A stretch of DNA of 64,000 bases, from NCBI GenBank assembly GCA_038231135.1, contig JBBRLX010000007.1, positions 65,475 to 129,474 of the forward strand. Direction: 5' to 3'. This DNA is from Candidatus Eiseniibacteriota bacterium (GTDB taxonomy: Bacteria; Eisenbacteria; RBG-16-71-46). Below the pieces are notes generated by a model that saw only the letters and a list, made by a program, of their open reading frames with translations, ran no database searches and was not told where the DNA came from. The translations under genes and the position numbers were made by a program. Shown here one piece after another: positions 50,505 to 58,790 of the stretch. The stretch's first letter is position 1, and each line of letters starts with the position of its first letter.

Positions 50505-50577
50505 CAGCGAAGAACCCGTCCCCGCCGGGGGAATCTCACCCCGGTCGTCACCGCGCGGTGAAGGCGCAGAACACGCA

Positions 50578-52485
50578 TCAGAACGCCGGCCCAATCGCAA
50601 ACTGAAAAATTCCCCGCTGCCGCTTCCCCGTCTCGTCCGGCCGCGCCCACCAGGTGAAATCCACCCGCAGCGGCCCGAACGGCAGCTGCAGCCGCGGTCC
50701 GAAGCCGAACACGAACCGCACGTCGTTCGGCGTCATGCGGCTCGAGCTGATCTCGGGCACGAACCGGCCGCGCTTCACGGCGTCGAACCCCGTCCATACG
50801 TTGCCAGCGTCCACGTACAGCTCGAGCCCGAGCGGCCCCAGCACGTCGACGCGCAGTTCCACGTTGCCCTGCAGCAGCACGAGGCCGCCGTTCGCCGGCA
50901 GCTCGCGTTCGTCGTAGCCACGCAGCGAGTTTACGCCACCGATCTTGAACCGGTCGAACACCGGCACGCGCGCCACCCCGGGATCGGTGGTGGAGTCGCT
51001 GGAGAACAACACGTCCTTGCCGAACGGCCGGATGACGCCGCCGCGGGCGTGGGTCGCGAGCAGCCAGCCCGGACGCAGCGGCGTATACCACGACGATTCG
51101 AGGTGCTGCTTGGTGAAGCTCGACGTGCCCTGCAACGGGCCGCCCGCGACCTCGGACGTGAACGCCTGGTACGACCCCCGCGTCATGAGCACCGGATGAT
51201 CGCGCGTGTCGCGGGCGACCTCGAGCTGCAGCCGGTGCGTGGTATAGGACGGCTCGAGCAGCGAATCGCCGACCGTGGGGTCCGTCACCACCTGGCTCTG
51301 CGTCACCCACGCGTTGTCCTGGGTGAGCGCCAGCGTGGCGTAGCGGCCGAGCTGGCGCGACACCTGGAAGCTGACGCCGCGCGACTGGCTCTCGATCAGC
51401 CGGGGGGGGCTGGTGGGGCGGTCGTGCTGGTTCACGTAGTACAGCGTGAGCAGCCCGCGGGTACGCGTGGCGAACAGCCACGGCTCGAGCAACGTGGTCT
51501 CGATCCGGCTCAGGAGGAACCGCGCCTGGCCATCGAGCGCGAGCCGGCCGTCCACCGTGCCCTGGCGGCCGCTGCCGAGCAGGCTGCGGTGGCCCCATTC
51601 GCCGGTCGCCAGCACCCGTTCGCTGGTGCCGCTGCCGATGCCGGCGTCCACCCAGCGATGGCGGCGCTCGTGGAGGCCCAGGTCGAACTCCACGCGGGCC
51701 GCGGTCGAATCCATGAGCGGCGTCATCTGCACCTGGTCGAACATGCCGGTCTCGTACAGGTGCTCGACCGATTGCTGCACGCGGGTGGAGCGGTACACCG
51801 CGTCCGGCTTGATCAAGAGCTCGCGCCGCACGAAGTGCTCGTTGACCGACAGCTTGTCCAGGTCCGGGATGCGGACCTCGCCGAACCGGAACCGCTGGCC
51901 CTCGGTCACGTCGTAGCGCACGTTCATCGAGAAGTCGTGGCGCTCGGTGACGGCGTGGACCGAGGGGAAGTACCCGCGGTCCTTGTACGCCTCGGCGATC
52001 TTCGCGGTGTCGGCCACCAGGAAGTACGGGTTGAACGCCTTGTGCCGTTTCGCGAACAACAGGCGGCGCAGTGCGTCGCCCTGGATCGCCGTCACGCCCG
52101 TGAGGTCGATGCGGCCGATGTGGGTCTGGCGGCCCTCGATGATCTTGAACCGCACGATCACGGTGCCGGCATCGTGCCCGGGCACGAGCTCGTAGCCGGC
52201 GGCGACGTCGAGGTAGCCGTGCTGGTGGTAGACGTCCTCGATCGCCTGGACGTCGGCGCCGAGAAAGTCCATCCGCAGCACCGGCATCTGGCGCGACAGG
52301 ATGTGCCCGCTCGCCCGCGTCTTGAGCGCCTTCTTGAGGTCCTTCGCGTTCACGTGCCTGCGGCCTTCGAACCGAACCCCCGCGACGCTGGTGAGTTCGT
52401 TCGGCAGGCTGGTGGCGGCGCGCGCCAGGGGTGCGGGACCGAGCAGCATCACCACGAACGCAAACCGGGCCAGTGCCGTACGCAC
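50578..52485 (-). CDS. bamA: Omp85-family outer-membrane protein assembly factor (BamA/TamA-like) with POTRA domains
   Basis: The product has a signal peptide (ALARFAFVVMLLGPAPLARA), POTRA-like repeats, and an Omp85 barrel (FKIGGVNSLRGYDERELPANGG ... VELRVDV ... GNVWTGF ... IFQFAIGPAF). It sits in an rseP-bamA order, with tamB immediately downstream. The start is uncertain; I chose the GTG at 52485 because it avoids overlap with rseP. The track ORF start at 52698 would overlap rseP. Confidence 0.7.
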   Translation of the reverse strand: MRTALARFAFVVMLLGPAPLARAATSLPNELTSVAGVRFEGRRHVNAKDLKKALKTRASGHILSRQMPVLRMDFLGADVQAIEDVYHQHGYLDVAAGYELVPGHDAGTVIVRFKIIEGRQTHIGRIDLTGVTAIQGDALRRLLFAKRHKAFNPYFLVADTAKIAEAYKDRGYFPSVHAVTERHDFSMNVRYDVTEGQRFRFGEVRIPDLDKLSVNEHFVRRELLIKPDAVYRSTRVQQSVEHLYETGMFDQVQMTPLMDSTAARVEFDLGLHERRHRWVDAGIGSGTSERVLATGEWGHRSLLGSGRQGTVDGRLALDGQARFLLSRIETTLLEPWLFATRTRGLLTLYYVNQHDRPTSPPRLIESQSRGVSFQVSRQLGRYATLALTQDNAWVTQSQVVTDPTVGDSLLEPSYTTHRLQLEVARDTRDHPVLMTRGSYQAFTSEVAGGPLQGTSSFTKQHLESSWYTPLRPGWLLATHARGGVIRPFGKDVLFSSDSTTDPGVARVPVFDRFKIGGVNSLRGYDERELPANGGLVLLQGNVELRVDVLGPLGLELYVDAGNVWTGFDAVKRGRFVPEISSSRMTPNDVRFVFGFGPRLQLPFGPLRVDFTWWARPDETGKRQRGIFQFAIGPAF

Positions 52486-52604
52486 GGGCCCCAGTCTGCC
52501 GGCGACGAGCGTCCGCTTCCGGATTCGCGCCCTCGCCCATTCCAGTGAATCGTGTTGCGACGCTCCGGGTCCGCTATGGCGGAGTCGGGGCAACCGTGTT
52601 CTCC

Positions 52605-54002
52605 TCAGGGAGCGGAGGCAGGGGAGCGATGGGGGGCGGCGGAAGTCGCCGACGTCGACGTGCGACCGAGTGCGCGCTGGCGCTGCACCACGCGCCACGG
52701 ATCATTGGCCAGAATCAACACCAGCAGCGAGCCCATCATCACGAGACCCACCTGCTGGAACCGGGTGTAGGCCAGGGCGGAAATCTTCTGGCGGCGGATC
52801 GCCTCGATCACCGCGAGCAGGATGTGGCCGCCGTCGAGCACTGGCAGCGGCATCAGGTTGAACGCCATGATCGCGATGTTGATCATCGCGAGGAACTGCA
52901 GGAAGAAATCGGGACCGCGCTTCGCCTGTTCGCTCGCCACCTGGGCGATGAACAACGGTCCCCCGACGTACTCCCGGTAGTAGAGCGGGCGCGACACGGT
53001 GAGCCACATGCCGGCGTAGACGTTGCGGATCACTTCGCCGGTCGCGTGCCAGCCCATGTCGATCGACTCCAGGATGCCGGAGCGCTCGATGAACTTGCCC
53101 TGCCGCGGGGCTTCGATGCCAATCCGCGCGTTGTCGCTCTGCGCGCCCGTGTTCATCGGCACGATATCGACGTTAAACGTGCGTCCACCACGATCGACCG
53201 TCAAGTGCACGGTGCGATCGACATTGCCCCTCAAGGACAGCGGCAGATCGTCCCAGGTCGTGATTCGTTTGCCGTTCACCGCCAGAATGCGATCACCCTC
53301 CTTGATGCCCACCTTGTACGCCGGCATACCCGTTATGACGGCGCCGACGATCGGCAACGTTGGAGGCAGTCGAAAATTCGAGAACACGGGCTCGCGCCGG
53401 TCCGCCGGCACCGTGATCGTCAGGTGGCTGCTCAGGACGCCCACATCGGGCCGCTCGATGGCCAGCACGACCGCACGATCCTTCGGAACCCGGGAATATG
53501 CGTAGAACATCTGCTCCCAGGTCGACACCGGACTGCCGTTCAACGCCACCAGCCGATCCCCAGTACGAAAGCCGGCCTGATACGCGACGCTGGTGTCCGG
53601 CGTGGCCCCGAGCAAGTTCGGGTAGTCGGGACGGGATATCCCGATCATGCCGATCGTGCACAGGATGATCAGCGCGGTGAGGAGATTGCAGGCGGGGCCC
53701 GCGGCCGCGATCAGGATGCGGCCGTACCAGGGGTGCGACAGGAACTCCTCGTCCGAGTTCGGCATGTCGCCTTCGGGGCTCGGGCTGTCGCCCGCCATCG
53801 CGACGTAGCCGCCGAACGGGATCCACGCCAGGCGATACTCGGTGCCGCCCCGGGTGAACGAGAACATCGCGGGGCCGAATCCGAGCGAAAACCGGATCAC
53901 CCGGACACCCCGCCATTTGGCCATCAGGAAATGGCCGAGCTCATGGACAAATATGACCAATCCGAGCACCAGAATGCCCGGCAACACGAGATTCCAAGAC
54001 AC
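52605..54002 (-). CDS. rseP: RIP (site-2) zinc metalloprotease RseP, M50 family with PDZ domains
   Basis: The product has an HEXXH motif in TM1 (FVHELGHFLMA), PDZ domains and an LDG motif (LMPLPVLDGGHIL). The proposed GTG start at 54002 has AAGGA 7 nt upstream. The track 'M' at 54032 is a TTG codon. Confidence 0.8.
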   Translation of the reverse strand: MSWNLVLPGILVLGLVIFVHELGHFLMAKWRGVRVIRFSLGFGPAMFSFTRGGTEYRLAWIPFGGYVAMAGDSPSPEGDMPNSDEEFLSHPWYGRILIAAAGPACNLLTALIILCTIGMIGISRPDYPNLLGATPDTSVAYQAGFRTGDRLVALNGSPVSTWEQMFYAYSRVPKDRAVVLAIERPDVGVLSSHLTITVPADRREPVFSNFRLPPTLPIVGAVITGMPAYKVGIKEGDRILAVNGKRITTWDDLPLSLRGNVDRTVHLTVDRGGRTFNVDIVPMNTGAQSDNARIGIEAPRQGKFIERSGILESIDMGWHATGEVIRNVYAGMWLTVSRPLYYREYVGGPLFIAQVASEQAKRGPDFFLQFLAMINIAIMAFNLMPLPVLDGGHILLAVIEAIRRQKISALAYTRFQQVGLVMMGSLLVLILANDPWRVVQRQRALGRTSTSATSAAPHRSPASAP

Positions 54003-54222
54003 GGTCAAATCCTTATGGGCTAAGGTGTTCAACGCAGGCTACTGCCCGGGTTCCGAGCGGTCAAGCAGCGCCTCGAAGGGAATCGATACGGCAATAGTCC
54101 AATGACTAGGCAAGAGCCGGACCGCCGGCCGTAACCGCCCCGGTGAGTCGTACACCGTGACCCCGGCGGCATTCGCCTGCACCGGGTTGGATTCCCCCAA
54201 CCGGCGATTCGGCTCGCACGAT

Positions 54223-55347
54223 TCACGAACGCCGGTGCGATTGCACGACTTCCTGATATGCCGCGAGCGTGCGGATCGCCATGTTCTCGGCGGAAAACCG
54301 TGCGGCCGTGCGGCGCGCGGCCCCGGCCATGGCGAGGCGCAGCGGCGTCTCCCCCACCAGCCGCGTGATCGCCGCCGCCATCGCGTCTGCGACGACCGGG
54401 TCGGGGCCCTTTGGCACCAGCACTCCCGAGACCTGATCGTCCACCACCTCCGGCAGGCCACCCACACGCGTCGCCACCACCGGCACGCCGAGCGCCTCCG
54501 CTTCGACCGCGGCGCCGCAGAACCCCTCGTTGCGCGACGGCACCAGCAACAGCGCGCACCCGGCGACGAGCGCCGCGACGTCGTCGCGCGCTCCGAGCAG
54601 GATCACCCGTCCACCGAGCCCGCGCCGCGCGATCGCGGCCTCGAGCGGAGCGCGCAGCGGCCCGTCGCCCAGCCATACGAATCGCGCCTCCGCGGCGCGG
54701 CCGCCGGCCGCGCGCAGGCGCTCCGCGACGTCGAGCAGCAGCGCGTGGTGCTTCTCCGCCGTGAGCGCCGCGACGGTGGCGAGCAGCGGAGTCCCCGCCG
54801 GCACGCCGAGCCGGGCATGCAGGGACTCGCCGGGACGGCCGGCCGCGGCGCGCAGCGCCGCGAGATCGACGCCGCTCGGCACCACGATCGCGCGGCCGGC
54901 CGGCACCCCGGCACGGAGCAATTGCGCGCGCGCCGCCTCGCTCACGCACAGCCAGCGCGCCACCGGCAACCGGTACTTGAGTCGCGACCACGGGCTGTTG
55001 CCCACCGGGAACGCCACGCGGCGGCTCGCCACCACCGCGCGGATGCCGGCGATCCACGCTGCCGCCGCGCCGACCGCGTGCGCGCGCGCGCTGTGCAGGT
55101 GCACGACGTCGGGGCGCTCCGCCCGCAGCGCCGTGACCGCCGCCGCGAATGCGGCCACGTCGAGATCGCCGCGCGCGGACCACGCGCGCACCGGGACGCC
55201 CTGCGCCGCGAGCCGGTCGAACAAGGGACCGTGCGGCGCGAGCACCACGTTCGTCACGCCGTGCGCCGCGAGCCCGGGCACCAGCCACGCGATCTGCTGC
55301 TGGCCGCCGCGCCAGTCCCGCCCGGTATCCAGGTGCGCCACCTTCAT
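54223..55347 (-). CDS. Glycosyltransferase family 4 (GT-B, GT1/GT4 clan)
   Basis: The product has a GT4 N-terminal domain (MKVAHLDTGRDWRGGQQQ) and a C-terminal EX7E-type motif region (SRNEGFCGAAVEAEALGVPVVATRVGG). Confidence 0.8.
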   Translation of the reverse strand: MKVAHLDTGRDWRGGQQQIAWLVPGLAAHGVTNVVLAPHGPLFDRLAAQGVPVRAWSARGDLDVAAFAAAVTALRAERPDVVHLHSARAHAVGAAAAWIAGIRAVVASRRVAFPVGNSPWSRLKYRLPVARWLCVSEAARAQLLRAGVPAGRAIVVPSGVDLAALRAAAGRPGESLHARLGVPAGTPLLATVAALTAEKHHALLLDVAERLRAAGGRAAEARFVWLGDGPLRAPLEAAIARRGLGGRVILLGARDDVAALVAGCALLLVPSRNEGFCGAAVEAEALGVPVVATRVGGLPEVVDDQVSGVLVPKGPDPVVADAMAAAITRLVGETPLRLAMAGAARRTAARFSAENMAIRTLAAYQEVVQSHRRS

Positions 55348-56417
55348 CGCGCGCCCCGGAACTGCTCGAGGATCTCGGCCAGCGCGGCGCCGATTCGTTC
55401 GGGGGTCGCCACCTCGAGCGCGCGCGCGCGGCCGCGCTCGCCGAGCCGCTCGCGGGCCGCCCGGTCACGCACCAGTTGCGCGAGCACGGTCGCGAGCGCG
55501 GTCGCGTCGCCTGGCGGCACCGTGGCCAGGTGGATGCGCGGCGTGAACACCTCGCGCACCGCGGGGCTGTCGCCGGTCACGACCGCGCGGCCGGCGGCGA
55601 GACCCTGGTAGACCTTGTGCGGGATCACGCGCCCCGCCTTGGCGGTGGTGCCGAACGCGCCCAGCACCACGTGGGCGCCGGCGAACGCCGCCGGCGCCTC
55701 CGCATAGGGCCGTGGTCCATGGAACGTCACGCGCAAGAGCCCGAGCCGCGCAGCCTGTGCCCGCATCGCGTCGAATTCGATCCCGTTCCCGACCAGCTCG
55801 ATCCCATAGTCCGGCAGCGACCCCGCATCGCGCTCGAGTTCCGCCGCGGCCGCGATGACGTGCGCCACGCCGTGGAGCGGCAGGAACCCTCCCACGTACA
55901 GGATCCGCACCGGCCCCGCCGCGGGCGGCGGTCCGATGTCGAAGAATGCCCGCTCCGCCCCGACCAGCACGCGGCGCACGCGGGCGCGATCGGCGCCCAG
56001 CGATTCGAACAGCGCGCCGTGCTCCCAGGTGTCGCACAGCACCAGGTCCGCCGCGCGCAGCGCGGCCCGGTCGATGCCGCGATTCCAGCGCGCCTGCCAT
56101 GAGCCCCCGGCATGGATCGCCCAGTCCCCCACCAGCGTGTCCCAACGCGACACCAGCGGATCGAACGCCACGAGCCGCGGGCCCGCGAGCGCGCGCGCCA
56201 GCGGCACGTCCTTGTGACGGAACTCGGGCACGAACATCACGTCCGCGCCGCCGCCCACCCGCGCGAACCGCGCGGCGAGCGCCGGCCAGCGCCGGAACGC
56301 GCGATGCTCGCGCACGCGGCACTCGACGACGTCGACGCCGGCGGACGCGAGGCCGGCGCGCAGGATGCGGTTACGCGGATACCCGGGATCGTAGGCGCCG
56401 AAGAATGCGACCCGCAT
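55344..56417 (-). CDS. Glycosyltransferase (GT-B fold)
   Basis: The ORF is 357 aa from MRVAFFGAYDPGYPRN, and the product contains VGGFLPLHGV ... PHKVYQGLAAGRAVV. The ATG at 56417 was verified and overlaps the GT4 start (ATGA). Confidence 0.65.
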   Translation of the reverse strand: MRVAFFGAYDPGYPRNRILRAGLASAGVDVVECRVREHRAFRRWPALAARFARVGGGADVMFVPEFRHKDVPLARALAGPRLVAFDPLVSRWDTLVGDWAIHAGGSWQARWNRGIDRAALRAADLVLCDTWEHGALFESLGADRARVRRVLVGAERAFFDIGPPPAAGPVRILYVGGFLPLHGVAHVIAAAAELERDAGSLPDYGIELVGNGIEFDAMRAQAARLGLLRVTFHGPRPYAEAPAAFAGAHVVLGAFGTTAKAGRVIPHKVYQGLAAGRAVVTGDSPAVREVFTPRIHLATVPPGDATALATVLAQLVRDRAARERLGERGRARALEVATPERIGAALAEILEQFRGAR

Positions 56418-56422
56418 CGGAC

Positions 56423-57328
56423 TCACGCCGGCGGTGCGGTGTCGTGCGGTGGCGCGGGCGGCATGCTGCCGGAGCCTGGCGCCGGCGGTGCTTTGTCGTG
56501 CGGTGGCGCGGGCGGCCTGCTGCCGGGCGGTGACGCCTTTGGCGGGGCGCCCGCCGGGTCGGCCCACAACTCCGCGTACTTGAGGAACACCTGCGCGGCC
56601 GCGAGCGCGCACAGCACCGCGCCATGGCCGCCGTCGAGCACGCCCAGCTGCAACACGTACATGCGCAGGAACCGCAGCGGCGGCCGCGCCACCACGTCGA
56701 GCGCCGACGCCCGGCGCCCGCGCCGACGCGCGGCCTCTGCCCCGGCCCGCGCGTAGGGCACCAGCTTGTCGCGGCAATCGAACCAGTGGGCATAGCTGTG
56801 ATGGGCGAGCGACACCGGCAGCGCCGCGATCCCGCCGGACACGTGCACCGCCTCATGCACCGGGGCGTCGTCGAACCGCGCGCGCTCACGCCGGAACAGC
56901 CGCAGCACGCGCTCGCCGCGCCAGCCGCAGAACCGGATGCGCCGGCCGAGGAAGAACCCGTGGCGCGCGAGCGTGTACCCCGCGACCGCATTCGCATCGG
57001 TGGCGGAGGCCCCATCGGCTGCGGCAATCGCGGCGCCGAGGACCGCGGCCGCATCTGCGGGCAGGCGTTCGTCGGTGTCGATCCACAGCACCCACGGCTC
57101 ACGGCACCGGGCCAGCGCGAACGCGCGCTGGGCGCCGAAGCCGTCGAGCGGCCGCTCGAACACCCGGGCGCCATGGCGCTCCGCTTCGGCGCGGGTCGCG
57201 GGGTCGCTCGCCGTGTCCACCACCACCACCACGTCGCGCGCGAACGCGAGCGCGGGCAGCAATTCCGCGAGGTCGCGGTCCGCGTCACGCGCGAGCAGCA
57301 GGACCGAGATCGGGAGCGTGCCGGGCAT
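56423..57328 (-). CDS. Glycosyltransferase family 2 with a Pro-rich, tandem-repeat C-terminal tail
   Basis: The product has a GT2 N-terminus (ISVLLLARDADRDLAELL ... VVVVDTASDP) and a DxD-like motif (WIDTDERL). The C-terminus has 2 x 18-aa repeats, PPAPPHD(K/T)APPA... Confidence 0.75.
   Translation of the reverse strand: MPGTLPISVLLLARDADRDLAELLPALAFARDVVVVVDTASDPATRAEAERHGARVFERPLDGFGAQRAFALARCREPWVLWIDTDERLPADAAAVLGAAIAAADGASATDANAVAGYTLARHGFFLGRRIRFCGWRGERVLRLFRRERARFDDAPVHEAVHVSGGIAALPVSLAHHSYAHWFDCRDKLVPYARAGAEAARRRGRRASALDVVARPPLRFLRMYVLQLGVLDGGHGAVLCALAAAQVFLKYAELWADPAGAPPKASPPGSRPPAPPHDKAPPAPGSGSMPPAPPHDTAPPA
56427..56534. repeat. 2 x 54-bp tandem direct repeat that encodes the Pro-rich C-terminal tail of the GT2 protein
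   Basis: Unit 1 is gccggcggtgcggtgtcgtgcggtggcgcgggcggcatgctgccggagcctggc. Unit 2 is gccggcggtgctttgtcgtgcggtggcgcgggcggcctgctgccgggcggtgac. Confidence 0.75.
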
Positions 57329-58322
57329 GGCGTTCGATGTGGTCGAGGACGAGCTCGAACGCCCGGTCGGGCGCGAGCGAGGGCAGACAGTTCCAGTGCG
57401 GACACACCGTGCGATCGCAGCCGCGGCACGGCAGCTCCGTCCACCACCGGCCGTGCTCCGGTCCGGGCGGATTCCAGGTGTCGGGGTGGGTGGGACCGAA
57501 CCAGGCGAATGTGGGCACGCCGAGCGCCGCCGCGACGTGACGCGGGCCGCTGTCGGTGCCGATCACGGCCGCGAGCCGCTCGATCACCCCCGCGAGCTGC
57601 GGCACGTCGCACGGCGGCAGCACGCGTACGCCGGGCGCCAGTGCCGTGAGCGCGGCGATGACCGGCTCCTCGCCCGGCCCGGTGAGCGCCAGCACTTCGC
57701 GTCCGGCAGCCTCGAGGCGGCACGCGAGCGCGGCGGCGTGCGACACCGGCCAGGTCTTGGTGCCCCACGAGCCCGCGGGCACCAGGCCCACCGCGCGCGC
57801 CGGATCCGCGATGCCGGCCCGGGCGAGCAGGCGCGTGGCCGCAGCGCGCGAACCGTCGCTCACCGCGACGCGCGCGTCGAGCCCGTCGGGCACGCCGCCC
57901 ACCGCGACCGCGAGCCGCACGTGCACGGCGGCCGCGTACTCGCGCTCGCCCGAGGCCGGCGCGACGCTGCGCGGCACGCGGATCGTGTACGCGTTGCGCC
58001 GGCCCCTGAGGTCGTAGCCCGCGCGCACCGGCGCGCCGCTCGCGCGCGCGAGCAGCGCCGAGCGCGGATTGCCGAAGAAGTCCACCGCCACATCGTACCG
58101 CGTGTGCGACAGCTCGAGCGCGAGCCGAGTGGTGTCACGGGTGGTGCGCCCCATGGGGATCACGCGGGCCACGCCCGGCAGCCCGTGGAGCAGCCCCGCG
58201 TAGGGGCGCTCCGTCACGACATCGATCGCGGCCCCGGGCAGGCCGCGCGCCAGCGCCCGCAGCGCCGGCGTGGTGAGCACCACGTCGCCGAGCGTACGCG
58301 GACGGATCGCGAGCAGCTTCAT
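57285..58322 (-). CDS. Glycosyltransferase family 9 (LPS heptosyltransferase-like)
   Basis: The product contains MKLLAIRPRTLGDVVLTTPALRAL and a C-terminal GT9 region (TDSGPRHVAAALGVPTFAWFGPT), which is the WaaC/WaaF-type architecture. Confidence 0.8.
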   Translation of the reverse strand: MKLLAIRPRTLGDVVLTTPALRALARGLPGAAIDVVTERPYAGLLHGLPGVARVIPMGRTTRDTTRLALELSHTRYDVAVDFFGNPRSALLARASGAPVRAGYDLRGRRNAYTIRVPRSVAPASGEREYAAAVHVRLAVAVGGVPDGLDARVAVSDGSRAAATRLLARAGIADPARAVGLVPAGSWGTKTWPVSHAAALACRLEAAGREVLALTGPGEEPVIAALTALAPGVRVLPPCDVPQLAGVIERLAAVIGTDSGPRHVAAALGVPTFAWFGPTHPDTWNPPGPEHGRWWTELPCRGCDRTVCPHWNCLPSLAPDRAFELVLDHIERHARHAPDLGPAARA

Positions 58323-58750
58323 CCGCCGCGCGCGTGTCGTGCGCGCACCCGCTCATAGAGGCCACCCGCGCCGGGCGTGGTCGCCGCCGGCGCGTCCGCC
58401 GCGATGTCCAGGTCGGGCGCGAGCGAGCGCAGGATCGTGGCGGGGGTGCGATCGTGGAACACCACCACCAGATCCACCGCGCGCAGCGCAGCGATCACGC
58501 GCGCCCGCATGACCTCGTCCATCACGGGCCGGCCCGGACCCGCGAGCGCCGCGGCGGCCGCGTCGCCCATCACGGCGGCGACGAGCCGGGTGCCCCGGGC
58601 GCGGGCCGCCGCCAGCGCGCGCGCGTGGTCCACACCGGGCAGGTCGAACATGCCGTGCGCAAACACCACCACATCGCCGGCCGTCCGCCAGCGGCGGACG
58701 CGCTCCACCGCGTCCGGCAGCGACACGAGCTTGTCGGCGGCCCGCCGCAT
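58319..58750 (-). CDS. Cytidylyltransferase-like protein (RfaE/HldE domain-II-like heptose-1-phosphate adenylyltransferase); it looks divergent
   Basis: The ORF is 143 aa from MRRAADKLVSL, and the product contains VVVFAHGMFDL ... GPGRPVMDEVMRARVIAALRAVDLVVVFHD. The canonical HxGH motif is not obvious. The upstream 113 aa of the track ORF is run-on. Confidence 0.5.
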   Translation of the reverse strand: MRRAADKLVSLPDAVERVRRWRTAGDVVVFAHGMFDLPGVDHARALAAARARGTRLVAAVMGDAAAAALAGPGRPVMDEVMRARVIAALRAVDLVVVFHDRTPATILRSLAPDLDIAADAPAATTPGAGGLYERVRARHARGG

Positions 58751-58790
58751 CACCCGCGGCTCCGCGGCACGTCGCGGCGTGGCGCGCGCA

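Noticed and set aside
54029-55468. A 479-aa minus-strand ORF overlapping the GT4 gene in another frame
   Set aside because: It is an Arg/Gly/Ala-rich shadow frame. The GT4 frame at 54223..55347 has clear glycosyltransferase motifs.
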